DNA of 52,465 nucleotides from a virus (taxonomy: Duplodnaviria; Caudoviricetes): positions 1 through 52,465 of IMG/VR virus record IMGVR_UViG_3300045944_000450; one strand, given 5' to 3'. Positions 9,063 through 19,400 of the stretch are shown in pieces (position 1 is the stretch's first letter; each line of letters opens with the position of its first letter). The translations under genes were made by a program, and so were the position numbers. The notes under the pieces are model-generated. The model was not told where the DNA came from. It saw nothing but the letters and a program-made list of their open reading frames with translations, and searched no databases.

Positions 9063-9704
9063 ATGGACCCATTGTCTGCGTGCAATGAAGCTATTGCGGA
9101 GTGCGGCGGGGGCGAGTTTAATGCGCCGCGTATCCACTCCTTCGAGGATGGCACGAGCCTCTCGACCATGTGCGGGGAACTGTACCCCAGCTCGCGCGAT
9201 GCGGTCCTTGAGCTGCATCCCTTTAACTTTGCGACGGCCTTTGCCCGGTTGGCTCGCTCGCCCGATACGCCGCCGATGAAATGGCGCTATCAGTTTTTGT
9301 TGCCCACCAATCCGTACTGCCTGAAGGTGCGGGGCACGGATGAAGGGCCCGGGGCGGACTTTGAGATCGGCACGGACAGTAACGGGCATCGCGTGCTGTT
9401 TAGCGATCAACCCGAGGTGTCCATCGAGTACACGAAACGGGTGCTTGATCTCGGTTCCTGGTCGCCCCTGGCGTATCAGGTCCTGGTCAAGATGTTGGCC
9501 TCACGGCTGGCGAAACCGCTTACAGGCCAGAGTTCGCTCACCGATCAGAAGCTGAAAGAAGCCTATGCGCTGCTCCCGGAGGCGCGGGGCAGTGATGGCC
9601 GGGAAGGCTCGCCGTTTCGCCTGCGGGCCAATACGACGTTGACGCGGGCGCGCCAGACCAACGGGCGCGTGTTCCCGTATGGCACCATCGTAGTCGATGG
9701 GTAG
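9063..9704 (+). CDS. Tail tubular protein A (T7 gp11-like adaptor)
   Basis: CNEAI, RDAVLELHPFNFA, WRYQFLLP, LASRLAKPLTG motifs. Confidence 0.85.
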   Translation: MDPLSACNEAIAECGGGEFNAPRIHSFEDGTSLSTMCGELYPSSRDAVLELHPFNFATAFARLARSPDTPPMKWRYQFLLPTNPYCLKVRGTDEGPGADFEIGTDSNGHRVLFSDQPEVSIEYTKRVLDLGSWSPLAYQVLVKMLASRLAKPLTGQSSLTDQKLKEAYALLPEARGSDGREGSPFRLRANTTLTRARQTNGRVFPYGTIVVDG

Positions 9705-9713
9705 GAGCATTGT

Positions 9714-9992
9714 GTGAGTGAACATCTGGAACGGCGCCTGCAATCCCATACGTACCATCGGCCATCGCTAGCCGTGCAAACCTTGATGAGTCAGACGCGA
9801 GAATCCTTCATGCTGTTGGTAGAACTGCTGGATACGGATATCCCTGAATGTCGGGAGAAGGCGCTGGCGTTCACGGCACTGGAAGAAGCGGCGATGTGGG
9901 CGATGAAGGCGCTGGCGTTAACCGATCCTGGCGGTGAGGTCATCAGTCCTGCGCAGGACCCGGCAAGAACAGGAGACACGGATGTTGCCTGA
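9714..9992 (+). CDS. Acb2/Tad1-type helical-hairpin protein, putative immune-signal sponge
   Basis: TYHRP...IPECREKALAFTALEEAAMWAMKALA matches the remembered family pattern; AGGAG RBS. Confidence 0.65.
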   Translation: MSEHLERRLQSHTYHRPSLAVQTLMSQTRESFMLLVELLDTDIPECREKALAFTALEEAAMWAMKALALTDPGGEVISPAQDPARTGDTDVA

Positions 9993-10455
9993 TGGTCCCG
10001 TAATGACGTGCCAGGAAGAAGGCTGGTCGGCGGTATTGCCAGAGCTGGAAGCCTGTTGGAAAGATCACTGGCGCGAGATTGCCCAGGACCAGGACAAGAT
10101 GCCGCTTGATGTCGATTATGCCAGCTACGGCGCCCTGGAGCAGGCTGGGGCGCTCTCGGTGGTGACGTGCCGGGTCGATGGCGCGTTGGCGGGGTACTTT
10201 ATCAGTTTTATCCGTCCGCACCTGCACTACCGAGGCAATCTGTGTGCCTACGTCGATGTCTATTACGTGAAGCCGGGCTATCGGGTGGGCTATGTGGCGA
10301 TGCGGCTGTTTCGGACCGCTGAGCAGGTGTTGCGCGCACGCGGGGTGGAGAAGGTCTTTGCCGGGACGAAGGTCTATAAGGACATGGGGCGCCTGTTTAA
10401 GCGGCTCGGGTGGGTCGAGACCGAAACACTCTATACTAAATGGATAGGGGTCTAA
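9982..10455 (+). CDS. Phage GNAT-family acetyltransferase
   Basis: HWREI, LAGY, HLHY, DVYYVKPGYRVG (acetyl-CoA loop), LFKRLGW; AGGAG RBS. Confidence 0.8.
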   Translation: MLPDGPVMTCQEEGWSAVLPELEACWKDHWREIAQDQDKMPLDVDYASYGALEQAGALSVVTCRVDGALAGYFISFIRPHLHYRGNLCAYVDVYYVKPGYRVGYVAMRLFRTAEQVLRARGVEKVFAGTKVYKDMGRLFKRLGWVETETLYTKWIGV

Positions 10456-10457
10456 CA

Positions 10458-10649
10458 GTGCCAGCCACCTCAGAGTCTCAAGCCCGAACTGCGAGGATGG
10501 CTCTTGCTCATAAGCATGGACACCTCCCGCTCAAAGACCTGCCGGCGGGGGCCCGAGAAGCTGTCCAGAGCATGAGTCAGATGAGTGAAGATAGCCTGAA
10601 AGATTTTATGTATACCAAGGGGCACAAGCCGAAAACGTTGTTGCGCTAG
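10458..10649 (+). CDS. DUF3008-like small protein
   Basis: MPATSESQAR...ALAHKHG...MSEDSLKDF...TK pattern; GTG start 2 nt after the upstream stop. Confidence 0.6.
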   Translation: MPATSESQARTARMALAHKHGHLPLKDLPAGAREAVQSMSQMSEDSLKDFMYTKGHKPKTLLR

Positions 10650-10658
10650 GGGGCCGTG

Positions 10659-10976
10659 ATGGGCATTACCTCTGCCATTATCGCAGGCGTAGGGCTCGCC
10701 GCGAGTCTGGCCACGACGGGCCTGGCGCTGGCGAAGGGCGGACCAGACCTGCCCAAAGTACCGCCGCCGGTCAAACCGCCGGCGCCTCCAGCCATTCCGC
10801 CGCCGCCTCCCTTGCCACCGCCCCCGAGCGAGACTGAGGCCGGGGCAGCGGTAGCGACGGAGCGGCGCAAGCGGCAACAGCGGTTCGGAATAAGTAACAC
10901 GTTGTTGACTTCGCCGCTCGGTGGGAGTGGGAGTAGCGGGTCAGCAACAGAGGGCAAGACGTTGCTTGGGGGGTAA
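10659..10976 (+). CDS. Proline-rich virion/tail assembly protein
   Basis: Hydrophobic N-terminus, poly-Pro tract, RxGxxNTLLT and terminal KTLLGG, as in small podovirus virion proteins. Confidence 0.7.
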   Translation: MGITSAIIAGVGLAASLATTGLALAKGGPDLPKVPPPVKPPAPPAIPPPPPLPPPPSETEAGAAVATERRKRQQRFGISNTLLTSPLGGSGSSGSATEGKTLLGG

Positions 10977-10978
10977 TC

Positions 10979-13888
10979 GTGGCGCTGGTCGAGTTTTTGC
11001 GTGGCAGTTTTACGTCAGGGGAACTCAGCTCCCTTATGGCTGCTAGAACTGAGGTAGATAGGTATAAGAACGGGGCCATCCTCTTAGAGAATTTCCAGGT
11101 CTTGCCGCAAGGCGGTGTCACCCGGCGCCCTGGGACGCGCTACGTGGCCACGGTGAAGCATCCGGATCGCCTCACGCTGGTCAAGCCGTTTGAGCCCTCG
11201 ACCACGGACGCCTATATCCTCGAAATCGGGCACGAATACCTCCGGTTTTACCACCAGGGAGCGCGGATTGAGGTCGACGGCGTGCCGGTCGAGGTCGTCA
11301 CGCCCTACCAGGATCATGAGTTGCGGTTGCTGCGGACGGCGCAGAGTAATGACGTCATGATCTTTGTGCATCCCAATCATGCTCCGCAACGGCTGTCCCG
11401 CCTCGAAGCGGACGGGACTTCCTGGGATTTCCGTCCTATTCCCTTCTATCCACCGCCACTCTATGAGGCGGGCCATACCCCGGACATTACCTTGACCCTC
11501 GCTGCCACGACAGGCACGGGGGTCAGTGTCACCGCCAGTGGCCCAACGTTTCTGGTGAGTGATGTGGATCGCGTCCTGAGCAGTGGCATTGGTCGGGGCA
11601 TTATCCGGGCCGCGATTACCTCGACATCGGCAGTCCTCGACATTCTGGACGCCTTTAGCAGTACAACCCTCCTGCCCAACGATTGGAAACTCGAACGCTC
11701 GCCGGTGGCCCTGGCCAAGGTCTCGAAAACAGGCCCTGTGGGCGCCCAGGTGACGATTGATCTGTATCAGCAACAAGACAATGCGACGAACCTGGTGGCC
11801 AACGGGACGTTTGGCACGGGCGATCTCACCAGTTGGCTCAACGTCTCGCAAGGCCAGGTCGTGACCGGCACGCATACGGGCGGGGGCAATAACGACGATC
11901 TGCAAGACAGTGCGCAGGATTTTGTCAATGCGGGCGTGCGTCCGACGATGGTCGTGACCAATACGACGGACGGCTCGACAGGGTTGGTGGCCTCCGTCAG
12001 TCCGCTCTTTCTCGTCATAGGCGATCCGGGCATGGTCGGGGGTGCGGAGAACGACTTTGATAGTGGCGATGTGTACATGGTCGCTGGGACAGGTGGCGCG
12101 GCGGTCGAGGGCGGTATGGCGAAACTGACCGGGGGGACCGCAGGCATTGGCTGGATTAGTCAGGGCCTTCCCACGGTGGCGGGCACGGCGTACCGGGTGG
12201 CGTTCCGGGTGAGTGATGCCCCGGTGTCGGCCCAGGTCGGCACGGCGGCCCAGCTCTCCGATGTGCAGGCGGAAGCCAGTTATGCCATTGGCGAGCAATC
12301 CTTCTCGTTTACGGCGACCAGTACGACGAGCTATCTCCAGTTCCGCAACAACCAGGATACGGCAGGCAAGGTCGGCGCGATTACCTGTCGCCTGTACGGG
12401 GTGGGCGGGTTTCGGCCCGAGGATGTCGGGAAGTACATCGAGATCCATGGCGGCCTCATTCGCATCACGGCCGTCACGGATAATACGCACGCCATCGGCC
12501 AGATTGTCGAGGAGTTACGGACAGACGATCCTGCCGCAGCGGGCGCCTGGGCGCTGAAAGAAGATGCCTGGTCGGACACGCTCGGCTGGCCGTCTGCGGT
12601 GGTGCTGTACGAGGGGCGGCTCTACTTTGCTGGGACAGCGCAGTTCCCGCAGACCCTCTGGGGCAGTGTGATTGATGATCTCTTTAACTTTACGCTGGGC
12701 CCGAATGCCGATGATGCCCTGGAACTGGCCCTGGTCGATAGTGGCGGCAACATTACGCTTAACCGGATTCGGTGGCTCATGCCAGCGGAAAACATGCTGG
12801 TCGGCACGACACACGGGGAGTACCGGCTGATCGGCTCGGGGGATGATCCGCTGTCGCCTGCGACGCCGCCCCGGAACCGTATCCAGTCCACCTTTGGCAG
12901 TGATACGGTGCAGCCGCTGAAGGTCGGCTCGGCGTTGCTCTTCGCGCAACGCCAGGGCTCCAAGTTGCGGGAAATGTCCTATGACGAGCGCACGATGACC
13001 ACGTATATTGCGCGCGATCTGCTCATTACCAGTGAGCATCTCCTCAAGCAGCACCGCCTGCTCGAACTGGCCTTTGCGGCGGAGCCGATCCCGCTGGTTT
13101 TTGGCGTCCGCTCGGACGGGCAGCTGCTGGTCCTGACCTATGACCAGGGCGAGCAGGTCGTGGCGCCCTGGCGGTTCGTGACGGCGGGCGTTGTCGAGAG
13201 TGTGGCGACGATTCCGCATCCCAGTGCGAATGCTTCCCAGGTGTGGCTGGCGTGTCAGCGCACGCTCCAGGGCACCGTGACGCGGTTTCTCGAATATCTC
13301 GATCCTGAAGCCGCCATGGTGCTGCCGGAGGCCGTCACGATGTTTAACGAGTTGACCCAGGAACACGAGAGCATCGAGGGCTGGAACGGCCTCACGGTCG
13401 ATGCGGGAAAGGTGTATACCGCCATCAACACGGCGACGCTGACGGGGCTCACCTACCTCGAAGGCGCCCTGGTGCAGATTGTGGGCGATGGCGCGGTGTT
13501 CCCGGCGCAGGTAGTCAAAGATGGGCAGGTGGTGTTGACGCAAGCCGTGCAGACGGCGTTTGTGGGGCTCGGCTATACACCGCGCGGGCGGACGATGCCG
13601 GTTGAGGTAGTCGTGCGGGGCCAAACCGGGCAGGGGCTGCGGAAGCGCTGGGCGAACCTGCGGGCACGGGTGCTCGGGACGGCGTGTCTCGTGCTCCAAG
13701 GGGAGCGGATCCCGTTCAGGCAACCGCACATGCCGATGGATCAAGGGCCTGCTCCGTTTACTGGGGATCGGGAGGTTTTAGCTTTAGGGTACGACCGTTA
13801 TGGATTCATCTCATTTGAAATAGATCAACCTTTGCCAGCAACCATCATAGCGATTCTCGGCACTGTGGACACTGAAGTGAGGGCCTAG
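10979..13888 (+). CDS. Tail tubular protein B (nozzle, T7 gp12-like) with an inserted domain
   Basis: SFTSGELS, PQGGVTRRPGT, AQSNDVM, GWPSAV.LYEGRLYFAG, LEGALVQIVGDG, VGLGY, QPLPATI. Confidence 0.9.
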   Translation: MALVEFLRGSFTSGELSSLMAARTEVDRYKNGAILLENFQVLPQGGVTRRPGTRYVATVKHPDRLTLVKPFEPSTTDAYILEIGHEYLRFYHQGARIEVDGVPVEVVTPYQDHELRLLRTAQSNDVMIFVHPNHAPQRLSRLEADGTSWDFRPIPFYPPPLYEAGHTPDITLTLAATTGTGVSVTASGPTFLVSDVDRVLSSGIGRGIIRAAITSTSAVLDILDAFSSTTLLPNDWKLERSPVALAKVSKTGPVGAQVTIDLYQQQDNATNLVANGTFGTGDLTSWLNVSQGQVVTGTHTGGGNNDDLQDSAQDFVNAGVRPTMVVTNTTDGSTGLVASVSPLFLVIGDPGMVGGAENDFDSGDVYMVAGTGGAAVEGGMAKLTGGTAGIGWISQGLPTVAGTAYRVAFRVSDAPVSAQVGTAAQLSDVQAEASYAIGEQSFSFTATSTTSYLQFRNNQDTAGKVGAITCRLYGVGGFRPEDVGKYIEIHGGLIRITAVTDNTHAIGQIVEELRTDDPAAAGAWALKEDAWSDTLGWPSAVVLYEGRLYFAGTAQFPQTLWGSVIDDLFNFTLGPNADDALELALVDSGGNITLNRIRWLMPAENMLVGTTHGEYRLIGSGDDPLSPATPPRNRIQSTFGSDTVQPLKVGSALLFAQRQGSKLREMSYDERTMTTYIARDLLITSEHLLKQHRLLELAFAAEPIPLVFGVRSDGQLLVLTYDQGEQVVAPWRFVTAGVVESVATIPHPSANASQVWLACQRTLQGTVTRFLEYLDPEAAMVLPEAVTMFNELTQEHESIEGWNGLTVDAGKVYTAINTATLTGLTYLEGALVQIVGDGAVFPAQVVKDGQVVLTQAVQTAFVGLGYTPRGRTMPVEVVVRGQTGQGLRKRWANLRARVLGTACLVLQGERIPFRQPHMPMDQGPAPFTGDREVLALGYDRYGFISFEIDQPLPATIIAILGTVDTEVRA

Positions 13889-13892
13889 AGGT

Positions 13893-14738
13893 ATGGGTGA
13901 ACAGGACTATGGTTCCTGGATGACCCCGTTCGATGCGACAGACGCGCCCACGGCGCCGGTGCTTGCGCCGGGTGATGAGGGGCGCATGCTCTGGGCAGGG
14001 CCGACGTGGGCGGGCATTACCTCGACGGTTGGCAATGCGGCTACATCAGCCTGGAGCGGGGTCTCATCGTTTGCCAGTACCGGCTCGGGCATGGCGGGGA
14101 TGGGCTATGGCGCCGAAGCCTTAGCCTCACTGGCCCAGGGCCTGCTTGCGGCGAAACGGGCCAAGCGGATTGCGGAATATAACGCGGATATTACCGAAGC
14201 GAACGCCCAGGCGCAGGCCCAGGCCGCCGAAGTGGAAGCCCAACAGTACATCCGGCGGGCAGCGCTGACACAGCGCGAGCTGGCCGAGGCGGAAGTCCTG
14301 ACCCAGCAGGCCCAGGCGTACCGGGAAGCGCGGCAGCAGGAGCAGGACGCGCGGATTCTGGGGCAGACACGCGCGATTATCGGCAGTAGCGGCCTCATGC
14401 AAGGTGGCTCGCCGTGGGCCGTGTATGAAGAAACGGCGCGGCAACAAGCGTTGGATGTCCTGGCCACGCGCTATCAGAGCGCGCTCCAACTCCGTCAGCA
14501 ACGGCAGGCGGCGCAGGACCAGATCACGCAGGATGAGTACGCCGCGCAACTGGCCCGGTACGGCGCCGGAGAACGGTTGCGGGTGGGTGGTGCCCAGGCA
14601 GGGCTCTTGCGGGCCGAGGCGGACGGCTCAGCGGTGGGCGCGGGCTTGCTGAGAGCGTCAGCCGCCGTGACCAAAGGGGCAGCGGCCTACACGTTACTCG
14701 AAGAGCGGCGCAAGTCACCGACGCTGCTGAAGGACTAG
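13893..14738 (+). CDS. Internal virion (ejection) protein, gp14-like
   Basis: Ala/Gln-rich helical protein with GQTRA...SGL..GSP; follows tail tube B. Confidence 0.75.
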   Translation: MGEQDYGSWMTPFDATDAPTAPVLAPGDEGRMLWAGPTWAGITSTVGNAATSAWSGVSSFASTGSGMAGMGYGAEALASLAQGLLAAKRAKRIAEYNADITEANAQAQAQAAEVEAQQYIRRAALTQRELAEAEVLTQQAQAYREARQQEQDARILGQTRAIIGSSGLMQGGSPWAVYEETARQQALDVLATRYQSALQLRQQRQAAQDQITQDEYAAQLARYGAGERLRVGGAQAGLLRAEADGSAVGAGLLRASAAVTKGAAAYTLLEERRKSPTLLKD

Positions 14739-14741
14739 GTT

Positions 14742-16490
14742 ACGCCTGCGATACCGAGTTATCTGGCCAGGGAAGCGCTGCCGTCCAGTGGCGGCCAGAG
14801 CGCGCGGGGCGGTATTGTCGGCGTGCCGGCGGTGACGCAACCGGGCGTCCAGGACAGTGGCCCGACGGCCCTGGAGCGGACGTTAGGGGCCTTGCCCGAG
14901 GCCGTGCAACAGGCGGGCGGGCTGGCCGTCAAGACGGAAGAACTCCAGGCGCACCGGCAAAAAGTCTTTGATACGCTGAATGGGAAGGAACGGCATCAGG
15001 ACTTTCGGCTGGGCTTGCAGCCGGCGTATGACCAGTGGCGGCAAAATCCTGACTGGCAGACGTTGCCGGAACGGGTGACGGAAGAAGGCGGCAAACTCAT
15101 CGAGACGATGGGCGCCAATCTGTCGCCCTATGCCCGGCGCATCTTCCAGGACGATGCCAAGCAAACGCTGGCCGTCTTTCAGCAACGAGCCATCGAGGAG
15201 CGCACGAAACGGACGGAGGGCGCCACGGCCTTTACGTTTGCCCGGGAGTTGCAGCAAGGCCAAACGGCGCTCGCGCAGGCCCAGACGCCCTACGAGGTGC
15301 TCCTGGCCCAGGGGCAGCTGGAAGAGACGGTCAAGCGGTTTGTGGAGACCGGCCTGATTGATGGCGTCAAGGCGGCGACGGCGCTGAAAGGCACCTATGA
15401 TGCGGTGGCCGATGAACAGGTGCTGACGGCGATCGAAGCACAGCCGAGTGCGATGCGGGAGCAACTGCACGCGCAAGCCGCCAAACAACCTACGCGGGAG
15501 GATCTGCCGCTGTCCCGGCCCGAAAAGCTGGCCGAGCATGCGCAGCGGGCCTTTGAGGTGGAACAGCAACGCATCAACCAGCGCGAGCGTGCCGAGAAGA
15601 TGGCCGAGGTACGCTGGGGCAAGCAACAAGACCAGAACGCGGCGACGATTCGGGCGGAACTGTCCACTATCCTCCCGACGCAGGAGAACATTGCCCGGTA
15701 TGATGCGCTGCTGGCGGACGTGAATGCCAAGGCCGTCGGGCCACAGCCGCAAATTACGGGGGCGGCGCAGCAGGAGTTTACGAATCATATCCGCATCCTC
15801 CGGGCGACGGCGAGCCATCCCCGTGAGACGGATGATGGCCCGACCGAGCGCGATCTCATCATCAAGCTGGATGCCGCGAACAGTGAGCGGGACTACGCCG
15901 TGATGCGGCAGATGGTGGTGGAGCGGTCGGGGCTGCTCAAGCCGGAGACCTTCCAGCGCTTTATGAATACCATCCGGGAGCGGACGGTGGGCAGTCACTA
16001 CTCGCAGGATGCGGCCTATAAAGAAGGCACGCGGATTATTTATGGCAGCGATATTGCCGAAGGCACCTTTGTCAACATCATGCGCAGTTCGATGGCGGAA
16101 GACGAACAGAAACGCTTGCGCAATGCCATGGATAACTACCGCCAATCGTTTGAAGAACTCTGGAAGCAGGATCAGGCGCTGGCGCGGAGCCGGGCGTCTG
16201 AGTTGGCGCTGGATATGCGGTACAAGTACATGGATGTGCCGGGGAAGAAAGCCCTCTTTGATGCCTTACCCCGGCAACTCCAGGGACCGGATGGCCGCAG
16301 CGGTATCACGAATGAAGCCGAGGTGGATGCGATTATCCAGAAGGGGCCGGGCGATAAGGCTGAAAAGCAACGCGAGAAAGACCGATGGAAAAAGTGGTAT
16401 CAGAGTCGGGGTGAGGACGTGAAACCAAGCCCGTCTGGTGGGACTACTCCCGCCACGCAGCCCTGGAAACCTAAAGAGGTGCCGAACTGA
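14742..16490 (+). CDS. Internal virion (ejection) protein, gp15-like; start probably ACG at 14742, first GTG at 14823
   Basis: Long helical ORF; frame open from 14739; xPAIPSY N-terminus with AAGGA 7 nt upstream. Confidence 0.7.
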   Translation, partial: TPAIPSYLAREALPSSGGQSARGGIVGVPAVTQPGVQDSGPTALERTLGALPEAVQQAGGLAVKTEELQAHRQKVFDTLNGKERHQDFRLGLQPAYDQWRQNPDWQTLPERVTEEGGKLIETMGANLSPYARRIFQDDAKQTLAVFQQRAIEERTKRTEGATAFTFARELQQGQTALAQAQTPYEVLLAQGQLEETVKRFVETGLIDGVKAATALKGTYDAVADEQVLTAIEAQPSAMREQLHAQAAKQPTREDLPLSRPEKLAEHAQRAFEVEQQRINQRERAEKMAEVRWGKQQDQNAATIRAELSTILPTQENIARYDALLADVNAKAVGPQPQITGAAQQEFTNHIRILRATASHPRETDDGPTERDLIIKLDAANSERDYAVMRQMVVERSGLLKPETFQRFMNTIRERTVGSHYSQDAAYKEGTRIIYGSDIAEGTFVNIMRSSMAEDEQKRLRNAMDNYRQSFEELWKQDQALARSRASELALDMRYKYMDVPGKKALFDALPRQLQGPDGRSGITNEAEVDAIIQKGPGDKAEKQREKDRWKKWYQSRGEDVKPSPSGGTTPATQPWKPKEVPN

Positions 16491-19400
16491 TGGCGGAGAC
16501 GGCCTACACGGATGACTTCTCCCCGTTGTTTCGTTCCACCCGTGATGCGATGGATGGCGCACGTTGGGATCAGACCTTGGCCGTGGGCCGCCGCCCCACG
16601 CAGGTGCAGACGCGCCAGGATGTATCCACGCTGGTGCGGGAGATTGCGCCCAAGTACGGGGTCGATCCCCGACTCGTCGAGGCGGTCATTGGCCTGGAGT
16701 CGGGCGGCCAGGCGGACGTGATCTCGCGGAAAGGGGCACAGGGGGTTATGCAGCTGATGCCGGGCACCGCGAAACGCTTTGGCGTCACCGATCCGCTTGA
16801 TCCAGCGCAAAACATCGAAGGGGGCGTCCGGTATCTGGCCTGGCTGCGCGATCAGTTTCCTGGACGGACGGATTTGCAACTGGCCGGGTATCACGCGGGC
16901 GAGGGGGCGGTGCGCAATGCGGGGTACACCATTCCCCAGACGCACGACGGCAACATGAGTACGGGGCAGTATGTGGCGACGGTGCTGCGGCGGTACACGC
17001 CGACGCTGCCGGGCGAAGAAGGCAGACCCGTGCTGGATGTGCGGGACGCGCTCGCGCGGCAGTCGGTGCGGGAAGGCACGCCGGGGCCGACGCTGCACGT
17101 CACGACAGACCCAAGCCAACTCAGCATGCAGGCGCGGGGTGGCAAGCCTGCGCAGGGGCTTCCAGGCGAAGGCGGGATACCGCCCTTAGACCTCAGCCGG
17201 GAAACGCAGCAGCATGTGATGGACTTGCCAGGCACCAGGCTCACCGTCGAGACGGACATGGGCAACCTGATGGCCCGCACCGCAGGCCAGCCGACGGCAC
17301 TCCAGCCCGGCCAACGGCCGTTTGATGCGGCGCATCCGGCCTTAGAGCCGGGCCTGGTCGAGGATCGGGCCGGGCGGATCGTCGGGGGCATTGCCACAGG
17401 CGCTGTCGGGATGGTCGAGAATCTCTTACAGAGCGTGGTCGCAGGGGAAAACCTTGTCGGACTGACGCGGCCCGCTGTTCCAGGGATGACCGATCCGATG
17501 GGGGTCGAGTTGCTGCTGCCACCGATTAAAGGTCTGGAGAAGTCCATTGCGCCACGGCTCGGCGGGGAAGCCCCGGACCTGGTGGACAAGCTGGCGAACG
17601 GCCTTGGCACCTCCCTCGCCAGCCTGTTGCCCGGCGCGGCGGCCCAACGGTTTCTGCGAGGCGTCTCGACGGTGGCGCCGAGGCTGGCTCGGCTGGGGGG
17701 TGCGGTCACGTCGGGCCTGATCGAGGCGGCGGGCGAAGCCGGGGGCGTCTACGAACAGATGGCGCCGATTGTGGGTGAGGGTGAAGCCAGCAAGCGGGCC
17801 CTCACGTCTTTTGCCGCGAATGCCGTCCTGGTGACGGCGACAGATAAGCTCGGCATCTTTGGGGAAGAAGGGCGCCTGCTGCGCCGGGCCCTGGCAGGGG
17901 CCATCAGCAACGGTGCACAAGAAGCGATGCAATACGACATCGAGCGGCGCCAACTTTGGGTCCCGGCGAACCACCAGGCGGCAGACGGCCTGAAAGCGGC
18001 AGGCTGGATCCAAGAAGGTGCGCGCCTGGTGAAGCCGTTTGCTGCAAAAGACATGGGTGAGGCGGCGCTGATTGGCATGCTCATTGGCGGGCCAGCAGCG
18101 GCAGCGGTGGGGGCGGTTGCCGAACGCGAGTTGCCCCAGATCCGTCAGGTGGTTGAGCAAGAACAGCGAGCAGTTGCTACGCAGATCCCTGACACGCTGG
18201 TGAAGGATCCGGAGGGCCAGCCGCTGCGGGTGTATCATGGGACACCAGCACCTTTTGACCAGTTTCGCATAGACACGGCGGTGGAAAATTCGCTGTATGG
18301 CCCTGGTATCTACTTTACGGACAATCCGCAAGTTGCCGAGGGTTATAGCAAGGGGCAGGCGCGTGGGCCAACGGCGCCGGACCTGTTGGTATCGCCAGAG
18401 GCAGCGCGGGAAGCGATTGCGAACGTACCTGACCTCTTGAACAGTGAACGCCGCGCGATGGCCGAGTTAGGAGATAACGAACTTGCGGAAACCATTGCCA
18501 ACATGGCCGAGCGCGGCTATGCGATTGACGCGCCCAACCTGATAAGCACTTTTGCTGGGCAACCCAATATTCGCCCTGCCTATCTGAACATTACCAACCC
18601 TTTTGATATCAATGCCGATCTCTCCGCAGCGCAAGTCCGGGCCTTGCTAGGTCAAATGCCAGAAACCACTAGGCCGGTGTTAGAAGGATTGACGCAGGAG
18701 TGGGAGGCGCGGGGGTGGCAGGGCGTCAATGCGGATGATGTGTATGATCTTCTGACACGGGCCTTTGGCGGCGACAAGGCGGCTGCCAATCGGTTTCTCC
18801 AGCAGCAAGGCTATGATGGCATTGCTCATACAGGCGGCCAGGTAAGCGGCGGCGAGTCACATCAAGTCTATATTGCCTTCTCGCCTGAGCAGGTGATCCC
18901 GGCCTTTTCGATTGACGCGGCTCTGCAAGCCGTCCAGCAGCCTGACACGCCGCCGCCTGGCGTCGAGCCGTCCACCTGGCAGCGCTGGGGGGCGTATCTC
19001 ACCAACCTGTTGCCGGACATCCAGCCGGGACCTGGGGGGCGTGGTGGCTTTCTGGGCGGGGAACGCGGTTCCCTGGGGACGGGCGCACCGACGTTACGGA
19101 TGGGCGCCGAGGGGTTGACGCCGGAGCGCTACCGCACGCCCAGCGGGGGGTGGCGTATTCCGTTGCGCGATATGCCGAGCCAGGAGCTTGACCTCAAAGA
19201 TTTTATCGTCCAGCAAGGCGGGATTAAGCTCGCAGGCGAAGAACTCCGCGGCGAACTGGAAGCGGTCATTAGCCGGAAGGAAACCGGGCTCGTTGGGCTC
19301 CAGAACAATGCGAGCGGCATGAGCCTGCAAGCGATGGCGGAGACCGCAGCCGAACAGGGCTTTATCCCGAGCGCGGATAAAGAAGCGTTGTTGCAAGCGC

